DNA from: an uncultured Bacilli bacterium
GTDB lineage: Bacteria > Bacillota_I > Bacilli_A > RF39 > UBA660
DNA: 53,159 nt
Reading direction: 5' to 3'
Assembly: GCA_947625215.1 (NCBI GenBank)
Contig: CANQNL010000003.1
Coordinates: forward strand, 1 to 53,159
A program made the position numbers and the translations under genes. This document shows positions 1-9,541 of this stretch, piece by piece. Numbering within the stretch: the stretch's first letter is position 1; each line of letters starts with the position of its first letter. The notes beneath the pieces were generated by a model. That model had not been told where the DNA came from. It was given only the letters and a program-made list of their open reading frames with translations, and did not search any database.

Positions 1-62
1 GGCCTTTACTATAAAGACAATTTTAAGTTAAAGGTTGATTTATTGCCTTTTGACTGATAATG

Positions 63-269
63 TTATTGTGTCAATTCTTCAGTCCCAATATCAGTTAGTA
101 AAGCTTTACCACGATCATCTGGCATAATATATCTTTGATCTAAATATTGCCAAGCTGCAGCAAGTTCTCCGGCAGGTCCACCATATTGCGTTAGAATATA
201 TTTTGCCATTTTTAAATCTTTTTTCTTAATGTTTACTGGATATTGAAGTTTTTTTTCATATTTCCACAT
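63..269 (-). pseudogene. cotJC: CotJC / manganese catalase family, N-terminal 68 aa only (truncated or interrupted)
   Basis: MWKYEKKLQYPV...QYGGPAGELAAAWQYLDQRY...LLTDIGTEEL is the CotJC N-terminus and the gene follows cotJB. The frame stops (EELTQ*) where the E-x-x-H metal ligand motif should continue. Confidence 0.85.
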
Positions 270-284
270 TTTATTTTACCCCCT

Positions 285-845
285 TTAATTATTTTCCCAA
301 GGCCAAGGTGCTTTGTTCCAAGCCCAAGGGCAAGTTGTACTGGCATCCACTAATAGTGGACCATATTTGCTTTCATACTCTTTTTTAAGCTCTGAAGCCT
401 TTTTAGTGTATTTGGCAAATAAGGCAATCATTTCCTGATTATCAGGGTGATTGTCTAAGAAAAGATTAAGGTCGTGTGCCGCAAAGCAGTAAGCGTCAAG
501 ATAAGTTAATAATTGTCCTCTTTCACTCATTGGTTCAATTTCAAAAGGTTTACTTATCTTGAATTGATTATAGATGTCAGGAAACATATTACCACGAATA
601 AAACCGCCATATGGATCGTATAATGTATTAGGTTCTATGTTTTCTTGATCATATCCGCATTTGTTAAAATTCATATTGTCACCAGCTTGTTTAGCTAGTT
701 TTTGTTTTAGTATTTGGTCTTCAGATATTTTACTCTTTTGCATCATCATATTTACCTGCTGTTGATTTGGCATACCAAAATTATACATTCTATTTATATA
801 GTCAAAGTCATCAGGCATATAATTCATTTTTGAATAGTTATTCAT
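285..845 (-). CDS. cotJB: Spore coat protein CotJB with a CotJA-like N-terminal extension
   Basis: C-terminal DLNLFLDNHP...YESKYGPL...WAWNKAPWPWE is CotJB-like; the upstream YDPYGGFIRGNMFPDIY resembles CotJA; adjacent to cotJC. Confidence 0.8.
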   Translation of the reverse strand: MNNYSKMNYMPDDFDYINRMYNFGMPNQQQVNMMMQKSKISEDQILKQKLAKQAGDNMNFNKCGYDQENIEPNTLYDPYGGFIRGNMFPDIYNQFKISKPFEIEPMSERGQLLTYLDAYCFAAHDLNLFLDNHPDNQEMIALFAKYTKKASELKKEYESKYGPLLVDASTTCPWAWNKAPWPWENN

Positions 846-986
846 TTAATTACCTCCTCAGTTTAGGTTATGTTAATGAAAAACCTAGGTATGGGTTATT
901 AACTAAATTTTACGAATAAAAATAGGAATTTATAATAAAACACTTGTCAAATAAAGAAATACCTGATAAAATACTATTTGTTATAT

Positions 987-1063
987 GGCGGAATTGGTGA
1001 AGGGGTTAACACAGTGGATTGTGGTTCCACCACGCATCGGTTCGAATCCGATATTCCGCCCCA
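987..1063 (+). tRNA. tRNA-His (GUG)
   Basis: G-1 plus acceptor stem GCGGAAT/ATTCCGC, anticodon arm GTGGA-TTGTGGT-TCCAC, T-loop GGTTCGAATCC, encoded CCA. Confidence 0.97.
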
Positions 1064-1251
1064 TATAAAAATAAAAGGTAATCCTATTAAAAGGTTACCT
1101 TTTTATGTTGAAAATATTTTCTGGGTTTATAACATTAAATCGGGTTTTATACTACGTAATTACATAATTAATGAGTTGGAATCCATCACATTAAGTTTTT
1201 TATTAAAATGCATCTATATTTCAATAAAAAAGGTACAAATTGATGTACCTT

Positions 1252-1644
1252 TTATCTATGCTTTGATGCTTGATGTGAAATTTGTTCTTCCATCATTTCA
1301 TCAAGCATAAGTTCAGCAGTTGAATGAATGAAAGTTGTTTTTAAAGAATATAATTCTTCAAGTGATAGCTGTTCTAAATCAGTAATTCCTAAATCATAGC
1401 CATTGCCTTTCCATTTCTTTTTTAAACTTTCAAGAGCATTTTTATCTCTAGCCCATGAGGGATTATCTTTTAGGAAATCTTCCATACTATCATATACTTT
1501 ATGACCATGACCTTCTTTAATTTTATCAGGTGTTGTATATTCATATTTATGGACAGTTCCATCACTACGTTGTTCGGTTTTTGATACTACTTCATCAGTT
1601 TCATCATCACAACCAAACCATCCCCATTTTCCCATTTTTTTCAC
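1252..1644 (-). CDS. Hypothetical protein
   Basis: 130-aa ORF with a GGAGGTG RBS upstream; no family recognised. Confidence 0.6.
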   Translation of the reverse strand: MKKMGKWGWFGCDDETDEVVSKTEQRSDGTVHKYEYTTPDKIKEGHGHKVYDSMEDFLKDNPSWARDKNALESLKKKWKGNGYDLGITDLEQLSLEELYSLKTTFIHSTAELMLDEMMEEQISHQASKHR

Positions 1645-1700
1645 CTCCCCCTGAATTTATAATTAACAAAACCTATTGGTATTTGATAATTGTTAAACCT

Positions 1701-1979
1701 TTAATTATTTTCTTCAATATAATCTATTACTTTGCCCGTTTCATCGTTAATTATTTCAATTTTATAAAAATCAGGCAAAAAACCTTTATAATTTTTCATA
1801 GCCATTTCTAAAATTTTATGAGTAGTCATATCTGTTTCAGTAAGACTATCAAATTCATCCCAATCCATTAGACCATCAAAATCATTAAACAAAAGAGTTG
1901 GTCTTTTCCCACCACCATCGCTTAATTTAGTTGTACCATCCTTAAAATAAAATTTAAATCTAAACATTCTATCCCCCAC
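1701..1979 (-). CDS. Hypothetical protein
   Basis: 92-aa ORF co-oriented and closely spaced with its neighbours; no family recognised. Confidence 0.55.
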   Translation of the reverse strand: MGDRMFRFKFYFKDGTTKLSDGGGKRPTLLFNDFDGLMDWDEFDSLTETDMTTHKILEMAMKNYKGFLPDFYKIEIINDETGKVIDYIEENN

Positions 1980-1989
1980 TTTCTTTTTA

Positions 1990-2889
1990 TTAAATATGTT
2001 TAGTTAATGATTTATAATTTTGACTATTATCAAAAGTAACATCATTTTTTTGTAATAAATCTTCTAAATAATAGTTGCCATCAAATATATTTTGAATATC
2101 ATTAATCATATCTATTTTATCATTATTTGTTCCATATATAAACTTATTAAACAGATTTTCTGATTTTAACAGGGATGTAATTGACATAGATATATTTAAA
2201 CTTTCAAATGATGATAAATTTTCTTTCTCTGATAATGTTAATGATTTTAATAAAAGTTTTAATCTTAATAATTCATTTTTTTTAAGTAATATTTTACTAG
2301 AATCTAAATATAGTGATACTAATTTATCAAAGAAAATTGGTAATACTTCATAGTTCAAATAACTTTTTATAGTATTTGCATTTTCAAGTTCTGAATGGAT
2401 AATTTCATGAGCATATATACCTGAAGTTAGTTCTGATAATTTGTTAGTTAATATATATTCTGAAAAGATTAATTGCATATCTTTTTTATGCTCACCAATA
2501 TATATGGGTCTAAAAGAACCATATTCAATACTAGAATCTTTATCATAAATTAATGGAATGTCGAAAGGGTATTTTTCTTCTTCATAATTATCAATCAAAT
2601 CTAGTAGTGAAGAAAGATTACCATCATTTTTTATATTTTCTTTATTGCATTTTTCTATGGTCTTATATTTAATAAATGGTAGTTTTTGTAAACTAATATC
2701 ATAATGTTTAAAAAAATCTATTGTTTGCTTTGTCATTCTATATTTATTATTGACTTTGGCTATTGGTATTTTATCAAAGTTCATAACACTTAATTTATTT
2801 TTTAAATTTAATAAATTGTCATTTAATGTTATAGGCTCAAATTTATAATAATAATTATTTTTTATAATTTTTTTCATCTTTTCCCCCAT
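1990..2889 (-). CDS. Hypothetical protein with an HExxH motif (possible zinc metalloprotease fold)
   Basis: 299-aa very AT-rich ORF containing IYAHEIIHSELE. Confidence 0.55.
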   Translation of the reverse strand: MGEKMKKIIKNNYYYKFEPITLNDNLLNLKNKLSVMNFDKIPIAKVNNKYRMTKQTIDFFKHYDISLQKLPFIKYKTIEKCNKENIKNDGNLSSLLDLIDNYEEEKYPFDIPLIYDKDSSIEYGSFRPIYIGEHKKDMQLIFSEYILTNKLSELTSGIYAHEIIHSELENANTIKSYLNYEVLPIFFDKLVSLYLDSSKILLKKNELLRLKLLLKSLTLSEKENLSSFESLNISMSITSLLKSENLFNKFIYGTNNDKIDMINDIQNIFDGNYYLEDLLQKNDVTFDNSQNYKSLTKHI

Positions 2890-3150
2890 AATTAAGGCTT
2901 AGCTTCCCCTAATGTTGAGATATATACTATCACGGTTTTATTAAAGTGTCAATAAAAAAGGGATTTTGTTAATCAATTCGATGTTATTCGAATATATATT
3001 GTGAATCAATAGGAACAAAGGATTTTGTTTTATCATTATAATCTCGAACTATGAATCTCGAATCCAATATGCTGTTTCATTGTAAAATCTACTCGAACTT
3101 TTTGGTATAAATGACAATATAGTGATATAATTTATATAGTAGGTGATAAA

Positions 3151-3906
3151 ATGAAATATGAAGTAAAAGAAATACCAATAGATAAAAATGATAAACACAT
3201 TTATGGCAAAGCTTATATTTTAAAAGGTAAAAAAAGACCACTTGTAATTTTGGCTCACGGACTTGCTAGCTCACATAAAGAAGGAATTTTATATGCTGAA
3301 AAGCTAGTAGATAATGGATATAATGTTTATTTATTTGATTTTTGTGGTGGTGGGCCTAAAAGTAAAAGTAGTGGGAAAACTACTGAAATGTCTATTATGA
3401 CTGAGGTTAATGATTTAGAAATAGTAATTAATCAAGCTAAAACTTGGGATTTTGTAGATACTAATAATATATTTATAATTGGTAGTAGTCAGGGAGGAAT
3501 AGTTGCCGCTATTGTAGCTTCAAGGTGTATGAAAGATATCAAAGGTCTTATTTTAAAATATCCAGCATTTGCTATTCCAGATCAGGTACACGAACAATTT
3601 GAAAGCCTTGAAAGTCTTCCTGAAGTTGCCGATATCTTTAACTGGCTTACTGTTGGAAGAATATATGCTGAAGATATATGGGATTATGATGTTTATGAAG
3701 AAATAAAAAAATATAATAAACCAACACTTATCTTGCACGGCGATAAAGATATTCTAGCGCCAATAAGCTATTCAAAAAAAGCTAATGAATTATATCCGAA
3801 TTCTGAATTTTATACTATTAAGGGTGCTGGTCACGGTTTTACTGGTGAAGCTTTTGATAAAAGTGTTAAGTATATTTTAGATTATTTAAAGAAAAATATA
3901 GATTAG
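3151..3906 (+). CDS. Alpha/beta hydrolase
   Basis: HG oxyanion motif (LAHGL), nucleophile elbow GSSQGG, ILHGDKD and catalytic His in GAGHGF. Confidence 0.9.
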   Translation: MKYEVKEIPIDKNDKHIYGKAYILKGKKRPLVILAHGLASSHKEGILYAEKLVDNGYNVYLFDFCGGGPKSKSSGKTTEMSIMTEVNDLEIVINQAKTWDFVDTNNIFIIGSSQGGIVAAIVASRCMKDIKGLILKYPAFAIPDQVHEQFESLESLPEVADIFNWLTVGRIYAEDIWDYDVYEEIKKYNKPTLILHGDKDILAPISYSKKANELYPNSEFYTIKGAGHGFTGEAFDKSVKYILDYLKKNID

Positions 3907-3916
3907 GAGATAAAAA

Positions 3917-4345
3917 ATGAACGAACAAGGATTAAATAGATTTTTAAGAGCTCACGATGCCTATTATAATGATGCTTTAAATGAAATAAGAAATGGGAAA
4001 AAGGAAGGACACTGGATTTGGTTTATTTTCCCTCAGTTAAAAGGATTAGGCGCTAGTAGTACTAATGCAATGTATTATGAACTTAAAGATATAAATGAAG
4101 CTAAAGAGTATTTAAACAATCCTACTTTAAGAAAAGATTTAATTGAAATTAGTGAAGCTTTGTTAATGTCTAATGAATACGATATCACTAAGATAATGCA
4201 TTATCCTGATAATTTAAAATTACACTCATCGATGACTTTATTTTCACTATTAGAACCTAACTGCAAAACTTTTAGAATGGTATTAGAAAAGTTTTATGAT
4301 GGCAAATTAGATGAGGCAACAGTAAACTTAATAAAGAATAGTTAG
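3917..4345 (+). CDS. DUF1810 family protein
   Basis: GLNRFLRAH...ALNEIRNGKKEGHWIWFIFPQLKGLG...KLHSSMTLF signature. Confidence 0.85.
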   Translation: MNEQGLNRFLRAHDAYYNDALNEIRNGKKEGHWIWFIFPQLKGLGASSTNAMYYELKDINEAKEYLNNPTLRKDLIEISEALLMSNEYDITKIMHYPDNLKLHSSMTLFSLLEPNCKTFRMVLEKFYDGKLDEATVNLIKNS

Positions 4346-4442
4346 CTACGGTAAAGCCGTAGTTTTTTAATAAAAAAGATTAAAATAAGTAAAAACAATA
4401 AAAAATAATGGTATAATGAAAAAGAGAGGGTGGTTTATAAAT

Positions 4443-5834
4443 ATGAATTATGATGTAATAATTATAGGTGCTGGTCCAGCCGGTTTATTTACGGCCTATG
4501 AACTTATAACTAAAAATAATAAATTAAATATATTATTGTTAGATCAAGGAAATTTTGCTAGTAAAAGAAATTGTCCTATGAAAAAAACAAAGAAATGCGC
4601 TAATTGTCCAACGTGTAATGTTTTATCTGGTTACGGTGGTGCTGGTACTTTTTCCGATGGCAAGTTGAATTTTATTCCTAAACTTGGAAAAAGTGATTTA
4701 TTTAAATATATGGATGAAGATACGGCTAATAAATTAATTGATGACTGTGAAGAAATATTTACTAAATTTGGTATGGATAGTGATGTATATCCATCTAATA
4801 TGGAAGAAGCTATGAAAATTAAAAGTAAAGTAGCTTTAGTAGGAGCAAGATTACTACTTATAAAACAAAAACATTTAGGCAGTGATCGCCTGCCAAAATA
4901 TATCGAAAATTTTACTAAATTTTTAGTAGATAAAGGCGTAAATGTAATAGAAAAATCAGAAGTAATTGATGTCCATAGTAAAAATAAAAATAACCACGAT
5001 GTTATCTGCAAAGAAAATGGCAAGGAAAAAATATATACAGCTTCTAAAGTTGTAGTGGCACCTGGTAGAACTGGGGCTAAATGGGTTCAACATTTAGCGG
5101 ATAAATATAAAATTCCTTATTTATCTAAAAGCATTGAAATTGGTGTTAGAGTTGAAGTTAGAAAAGAAATTATGGAACAAATTTGTAGTATCATTTATGA
5201 TCCAACAATCTTTATTCATACTGATACTTATGGGGATGAAATACGAACTTTTTGTACTAACCCCGGTGGCTTTGTAGCCAAAGAAAATTATTATGGATAT
5301 ATATGTGTTAATGGACACGCTCTAAAGGATACAAAATCTAATAATAGTAACTTTGCTTTTATTAGTAAAGTTAATTTAACTGAACCAGTAACAAATACTA
5401 GAGAGTATGGTGAGAGTATTGCTAGAATTGCCAATGTATTAGGTGATGGTAAACCAATTATCCAAACTTTAAAGGATTTAAAACAATCTAGACGTAGTGA
5501 CTGGCACCGGATAAATAAAGGATTTATTACTCCAACTTTAAAAGACTGTGTAGCTGGTGATTTAGCTTTAGTTCTTCCTCATAGGATAGTTACAAATATT
5601 ATTGAGGGATTAGAAAAATTAGATGAAATAATTCCTGGAGTTAATAATGGTGAAACGTTATTATATGGTCCAGAAATAAAATTTTTTAGTAATGAAATTG
5701 AAACTAATAATAAATTTAAATTAGAAGATTATGATGTATACTTTATCGGTGATGGCGCTGGTAAAGCTGGTAACATTGTTACTGCGGCTGCTACTGGTTT
5801 AGTAGTTGCTAGAGACATTTTGGATGAAGATTAA
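4443..5834 (+). CDS. FAD-dependent oxidoreductase
   Basis: Rossmann motif IIIGAGPAG, C-x7-C-x2-C-x2-C cluster, GGAGTFSDGKLN, RTFCTNPGG and C-terminal GDGAG. Confidence 0.85.
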   Translation: MNYDVIIIGAGPAGLFTAYELITKNNKLNILLLDQGNFASKRNCPMKKTKKCANCPTCNVLSGYGGAGTFSDGKLNFIPKLGKSDLFKYMDEDTANKLIDDCEEIFTKFGMDSDVYPSNMEEAMKIKSKVALVGARLLLIKQKHLGSDRLPKYIENFTKFLVDKGVNVIEKSEVIDVHSKNKNNHDVICKENGKEKIYTASKVVVAPGRTGAKWVQHLADKYKIPYLSKSIEIGVRVEVRKEIMEQICSIIYDPTIFIHTDTYGDEIRTFCTNPGGFVAKENYYGYICVNGHALKDTKSNNSNFAFISKVNLTEPVTNTREYGESIARIANVLGDGKPIIQTLKDLKQSRRSDWHRINKGFITPTLKDCVAGDLALVLPHRIVTNIIEGLEKLDEIIPGVNNGETLLYGPEIKFFSNEIETNNKFKLEDYDVYFIGDGAGKAGNIVTAAATGLVVARDILDED

Positions 5835-6028
5835 TCAAAGGTAATATATCTTTAAAATATATTACCTTTTTATCTTGCTTTCATTGTTTTATAACTGCTT
5901 TAAAAAAACATAAAATTGAGATTTAACTATTAAAAATGTCAAACTTAGTAAAAAAATGACAACCATATGATGATAAATTTTTACATAAAATAAAGATACT
6001 TCTCCATAATAAAAGTTAGGAGGAGTAT

Positions 6029-6532
6029 ATGGATAAAAGAGAGATAGTTAAAAAATTAGTTAATCAAAAATTAGATGAAAAAGATCGTGAAGAACTATTA
6101 GAAATGGTAGTTAATAGTTCTATCTCAGTTGATATTGATAAAGAACAAGAGGAAAACATTACCTTTGGGGAAAAAATGGCTGATAAAATATCGGCAGTGG
6201 CAGGTAGTTGGTGGTTTATTTTAATTTTTTTAATTTTTTTAATCATTTGGATAGTTTTAAACGTTTATATTCTTAAAGATAAAATAGATCCATATCCATT
6301 TATCTTATTAAATTTATTATTATCTTGCATAACTGCTGTTCAAGCGCCTATTATTATGATGAGTCAAAATAGGGATGCTAAAAAGGATAGTATGCGAAAT
6401 CAAAACGATTACATAATTGATTTAAAAAGTGAACTTATTTTAGAAGATTTACATCGTAAATTAGAATTAATATTAAAAAATCAGGCTAAACTTTTAGAAA
6501 TATATAAAGAGGAATTAGAAAAAGAGGACTAA
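6029..6532 (+). CDS. DUF1003 domain membrane protein
   Basis: [16 protein letters not shown]...[27 protein letters not shown]. Confidence 0.85.
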   Translation: MDKREIVKKLVNQKLDEKDREELLEMVVNSSISVDIDKEQEENITFGEKMADKISAVAGSWWFILIFLIFLIIWIVLNVYILKDKIDPYPFILLNLLLSCITAVQAPIIMMSQNRDAKKDSMRNQNDYIIDLKSELILEDLHRKLELILKNQAKLLEIYKEELEKED

Positions 6533-8646
6533 TCCTCTTTTATAATGAATTTATCATTATCAATATCAATAGTGACCGTGGTATTAAATTTAACTTTATC
6601 ATTAATAATTGCTGTAGCTAACAAGCTTTCAATATTTCGGCTAACATACCTTTTGATTGGTCTTGCGCCATATTTTTCATCATAAGAATGTTCAATTATA
6701 TATTTTTTAGCATTATCAGTTAATGACAAAGTAATTTTTTTATCAGCCAAACGCATTTCAACTTCTTTAATAATTTTTTCTAAAATATCATAGATAACTT
6801 CTTTAGATAAAGAGTTAAAGATAATAATTTCATCAATACGGTTAATAAATTCAGGTTTAAATGTTTGACGTAATTCACCCATAACTAGATTATTACTATT
6901 TTCTTTATTATCTAAAATATAATCACTACCTAGATTAGATGTCATAATGATAATGGTATTTTTAAAATCAACAGTACGGCCCTGAGAATCAGTAATACGG
7001 CCATCATCTAAAATTTGCAGTAAAATATTAAATACATCTTTATGCGCTTTTTCTATTTCATCAAATAAAACAATACTATATGGATTTCTTCTAACGGCTT
7101 CGGTTAACTGGCCACCATCATCGTATCCAACATATCCTGGAGGTGATCCGATTAATCTAGCAACTGAATGACTTTCCATATACTCACTCATATCGATACG
7201 AATCATATGTCTTTCATCATCAAAAAGTTCATAAGCTAAACTTCTTGCAATTTCGGTTTTACCAACTCCAGTTGGGCCTAAAAAGATAAATGAACCAATA
7301 GGTCTATTAGGATCTTTAATACCGGCTCTAGCTCTTATAATTGCTTCACTTACTAAATGAATAGCCTCATCTTGACCTTTAACACGTTTTCCAAGATTTT
7401 CAGCTAAATGAATTAATTTTTCTTTTTCACCGCCTACTAATTTGTTAATTGGAATATGGGTCCATTTAGAAACAATACTAGCGATAGATTCATCAGTTAC
7501 GGTATCACTTAAAATAACAGATTTATCTTCTTTTCTTAAATTATCTAATTCTTTTTGAAGCTCTGGAATAATGCCGTGTCTTAAACGAGCAGCAGTTTCC
7601 AAATCATATTTAGCTTCAGCTTGTTCAAGCTCGTGATTAGCGGTTTCAATTTCTTCTTTTTTCTTGCTTATTTTATTGTTAATATCTCTTTCGTTTTCCC
7701 AATCGTTGCGTAAAGCTGCTTCTTTAGTTTTTAGTTCAGAAAGATTTTTTTCGATTTCAGCCATTCTATTTTTAGAAAGTTCATCTTTTTCTTTTTTAAT
7801 TGCTTCTTTTTCAATTTCAAGGCTCATTATTTTTCTAGTTAATGAGTCTAGTTTAGTTGGAACTGATTCCATTTGAACTTTAATAGTAGCGCAGGCTTCA
7901 TCAACTAAATCAATTGCTTTATCTGGTAAAAATCTATCAGTAATATATCGATCAGACAAAGTGGCAGCGGCAACTAAAGCGTTATCTTTAATATTAACGC
8001 CGTGGTAAACTTCAAATCTTGATTTTAATCCACGCAAAATAGTAATAGTATCCATTACTGTGGGTTCATTAACTTGAACTTTTTGAAAACGTCTTTCTAG
8101 AGCTCCATCTTTTTCAATATATTTACGATATTCATTTAAAGTTGTAGCACCAATACAGTGGATTTCTCCGCGGGCAAGCATTGGTTTAAGCATATTTCCA
8201 GCGTCCATTGCGCCTTCAATGGCACCAGCACCAACGATCATATGAATTTCATCGATAAACATAATGATTTCACCATCGGATTCTTTAACTTCCTTTAAAA
8301 CAGCTTTTAATCTGTCTTCAAATTCACCACGATATTTAGCGCCAGCAATTAAAGCGCCCATATCAAGTTCCCAAACTTTTTTGTTTAGTAAACTGTTAGG
8401 GACATCGCCTTTAACAATACGGGCGGCTAGACCTTCAACGATAGCTGTTTTACCAACACCTGGTTCACCAATTAAAACTGGGTTATTTTTAGTTTTTCTA
8501 GATAAAATACGGGTGATACTACGAATTTCTTCATCACGTCCAATGACAGGGTCTACTTTACCAGCCCTAACACTTTCAGTAATATCACGGCCATATTTTT
8601 CTAATGGATTTTGTAAGTTTTCTTCATATCCTGTTTGTTCATTCAT
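6529..8646 (-). CDS. clpB: ClpB chaperone lacking the N-terminal Clp-repeat domain
   Basis: Two Walker A motifs ([16 protein letters not shown]), a coiled-coil middle domain and RIDMSEYME; starts directly before LEKYGRD; CIRCE upstream. Confidence 0.93.
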   Translation of the reverse strand: MNEQTGYEENLQNPLEKYGRDITESVRAGKVDPVIGRDEEIRSITRILSRKTKNNPVLIGEPGVGKTAIVEGLAARIVKGDVPNSLLNKKVWELDMGALIAGAKYRGEFEDRLKAVLKEVKESDGEIIMFIDEIHMIVGAGAIEGAMDAGNMLKPMLARGEIHCIGATTLNEYRKYIEKDGALERRFQKVQVNEPTVMDTITILRGLKSRFEVYHGVNIKDNALVAAATLSDRYITDRFLPDKAIDLVDEACATIKVQMESVPTKLDSLTRKIMSLEIEKEAIKKEKDELSKNRMAEIEKNLSELKTKEAALRNDWENERDINNKISKKKEEIETANHELEQAEAKYDLETAARLRHGIIPELQKELDNLRKEDKSVILSDTVTDESIASIVSKWTHIPINKLVGGEKEKLIHLAENLGKRVKGQDEAIHLVSEAIIRARAGIKDPNRPIGSFIFLGPTGVGKTEIARSLAYELFDDERHMIRIDMSEYMESHSVARLIGSPPGYVGYDDGGQLTEAVRRNPYSIVLFDEIEKAHKDVFNILLQILDDGRITDSQGRTVDFKNTIIIMTSNLGSDYILDNKENSNNLVMGELRQTFKPEFINRIDEIIIFNSLSKEVIYDILEKIIKEVEMRLADKKITLSLTDNAKKYIIEHSYDEKYGARPIKRYVSRNIESLLATAIINDKVKFNTTVTIDIDNDKFIIKED

Positions 8647-8699
8647 ACTTGTCCCTCCTTTATTATTATATTTCGCCCATTAATAATTATACTCACTTT

Positions 8700-8726
8700 T
8701 TAGCACTTGTCAATAGCGAGTGCTAA
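8700..8726 (-). promoter_or_regulatory. CIRCE (HrcA operator) overlapping the clpB -35 box
   Basis: Minus strand TTAGCACTC-N9-AAGTGCTAA, one mismatch from consensus. TTGACA at 8708-8713 and TATAAT at 8686-8691 give a 16-nt spacer. Confidence 0.92.
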
Positions 8727-8785
8727 TGAATAGACAGAGATATATTTTCGTGTTATAATCTATGTTAGAAAAAGTGGGGTGACCT

Positions 8786-9406
8786 ATGGAAAAATTAAGT
8801 AATAGAGCTGTTGTAATCATTGGATTTATTGCCATTGGCTTTGGTATTTTCTTACTTACTTATGATTATTTTGCTGGTAAAAAGGAAAAAGCATATGAAA
8901 AGGTTAATATATCATTATTTAGTGAAAGTGAAGAGGGAATAGTAATTGATAATACACCACAAAATATTGCTGCTGCTGATATTGGAACGACAGTTGAATC
9001 TGGTGAAGGTGGGCAATATCTAGGAGTATTAAAGATAGATAAAATTAATCTTGAACAAGGATTTTATGATAAAGGAAACGCTTATAATAATGTTGGTAAA
9101 AGTGTTACTTTACTAGAACCATCTAATTATCCGGATGAAAAAAATGGTAATACTATTTTAGTTGCTCATTCAGGTACTAGTTATCTTGGATATTTTAGAA
9201 ATTTATATCAGTTACAAATAGGTGATGAAGCAACAATTAAATATAAAGGTAATACTTATATTTATAAAATAACTAATATTTATAATGAAACTAAAGATGG
9301 GGACGTTATGATATATAGAAATAAAAATAAATCTACATTAACACTTATCACTTGTACAAAAAATAGTGATACTGAGCAAACTATTTATATAGCTGAATTA
9401 CAATAA
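8786..9406 (+). CDS. Sortase family protein
   Basis: N-terminal TM anchor, ILVAHSG (His) and TLTLITC (Cys). Gln lies where the conserved Arg is usually found (TEQTIY). Confidence 0.85.
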   Translation: MEKLSNRAVVIIGFIAIGFGIFLLTYDYFAGKKEKAYEKVNISLFSESEEGIVIDNTPQNIAAADIGTTVESGEGGQYLGVLKIDKINLEQGFYDKGNAYNNVGKSVTLLEPSNYPDEKNGNTILVAHSGTSYLGYFRNLYQLQIGDEATIKYKGNTYIYKITNIYNETKDGDVMIYRNKNKSTLTLITCTKNSDTEQTIYIAELQ

Positions 9407-9415
9407 AAATAATTG
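9224..9415 (+). repeat. 192-bp direct repeat, copy 1 (3' end of sortase gene)
   Basis: Aligns without gaps to 12822-13013 at offset 3598, with about 11 mismatches counted by eye. Confidence 0.92.
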
Positions 9416-9472
9416 CTTATTTGGCAATTGTTTTTTTAATGCATAATTTTTTCATAAAATGTCCGAAAATAC

Positions 9473-9508
9473 TTGCCAAAAACCTGGGGGGGGGGGGGGG
9501 GGTATAAT
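9473..9508 (+). promoter_or_regulatory. Poly-G (G17) spacer promoter of P1
   Basis: TTGCCA(9473-78)-AAAACCT-G17-TATAAT(9503-08); spacer 24 nt. Confidence 0.85.
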
Positions 9509-9541
9509 GTTTATATAGTAAACTAGGTAAGGAGAAAATAT

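Noticed and set aside
978-1310. 110-aa + strand ORF in the track
   Set aside because: It overlaps the whole tRNA-His and the end of a convergent gene, and has no recognisable protein features.
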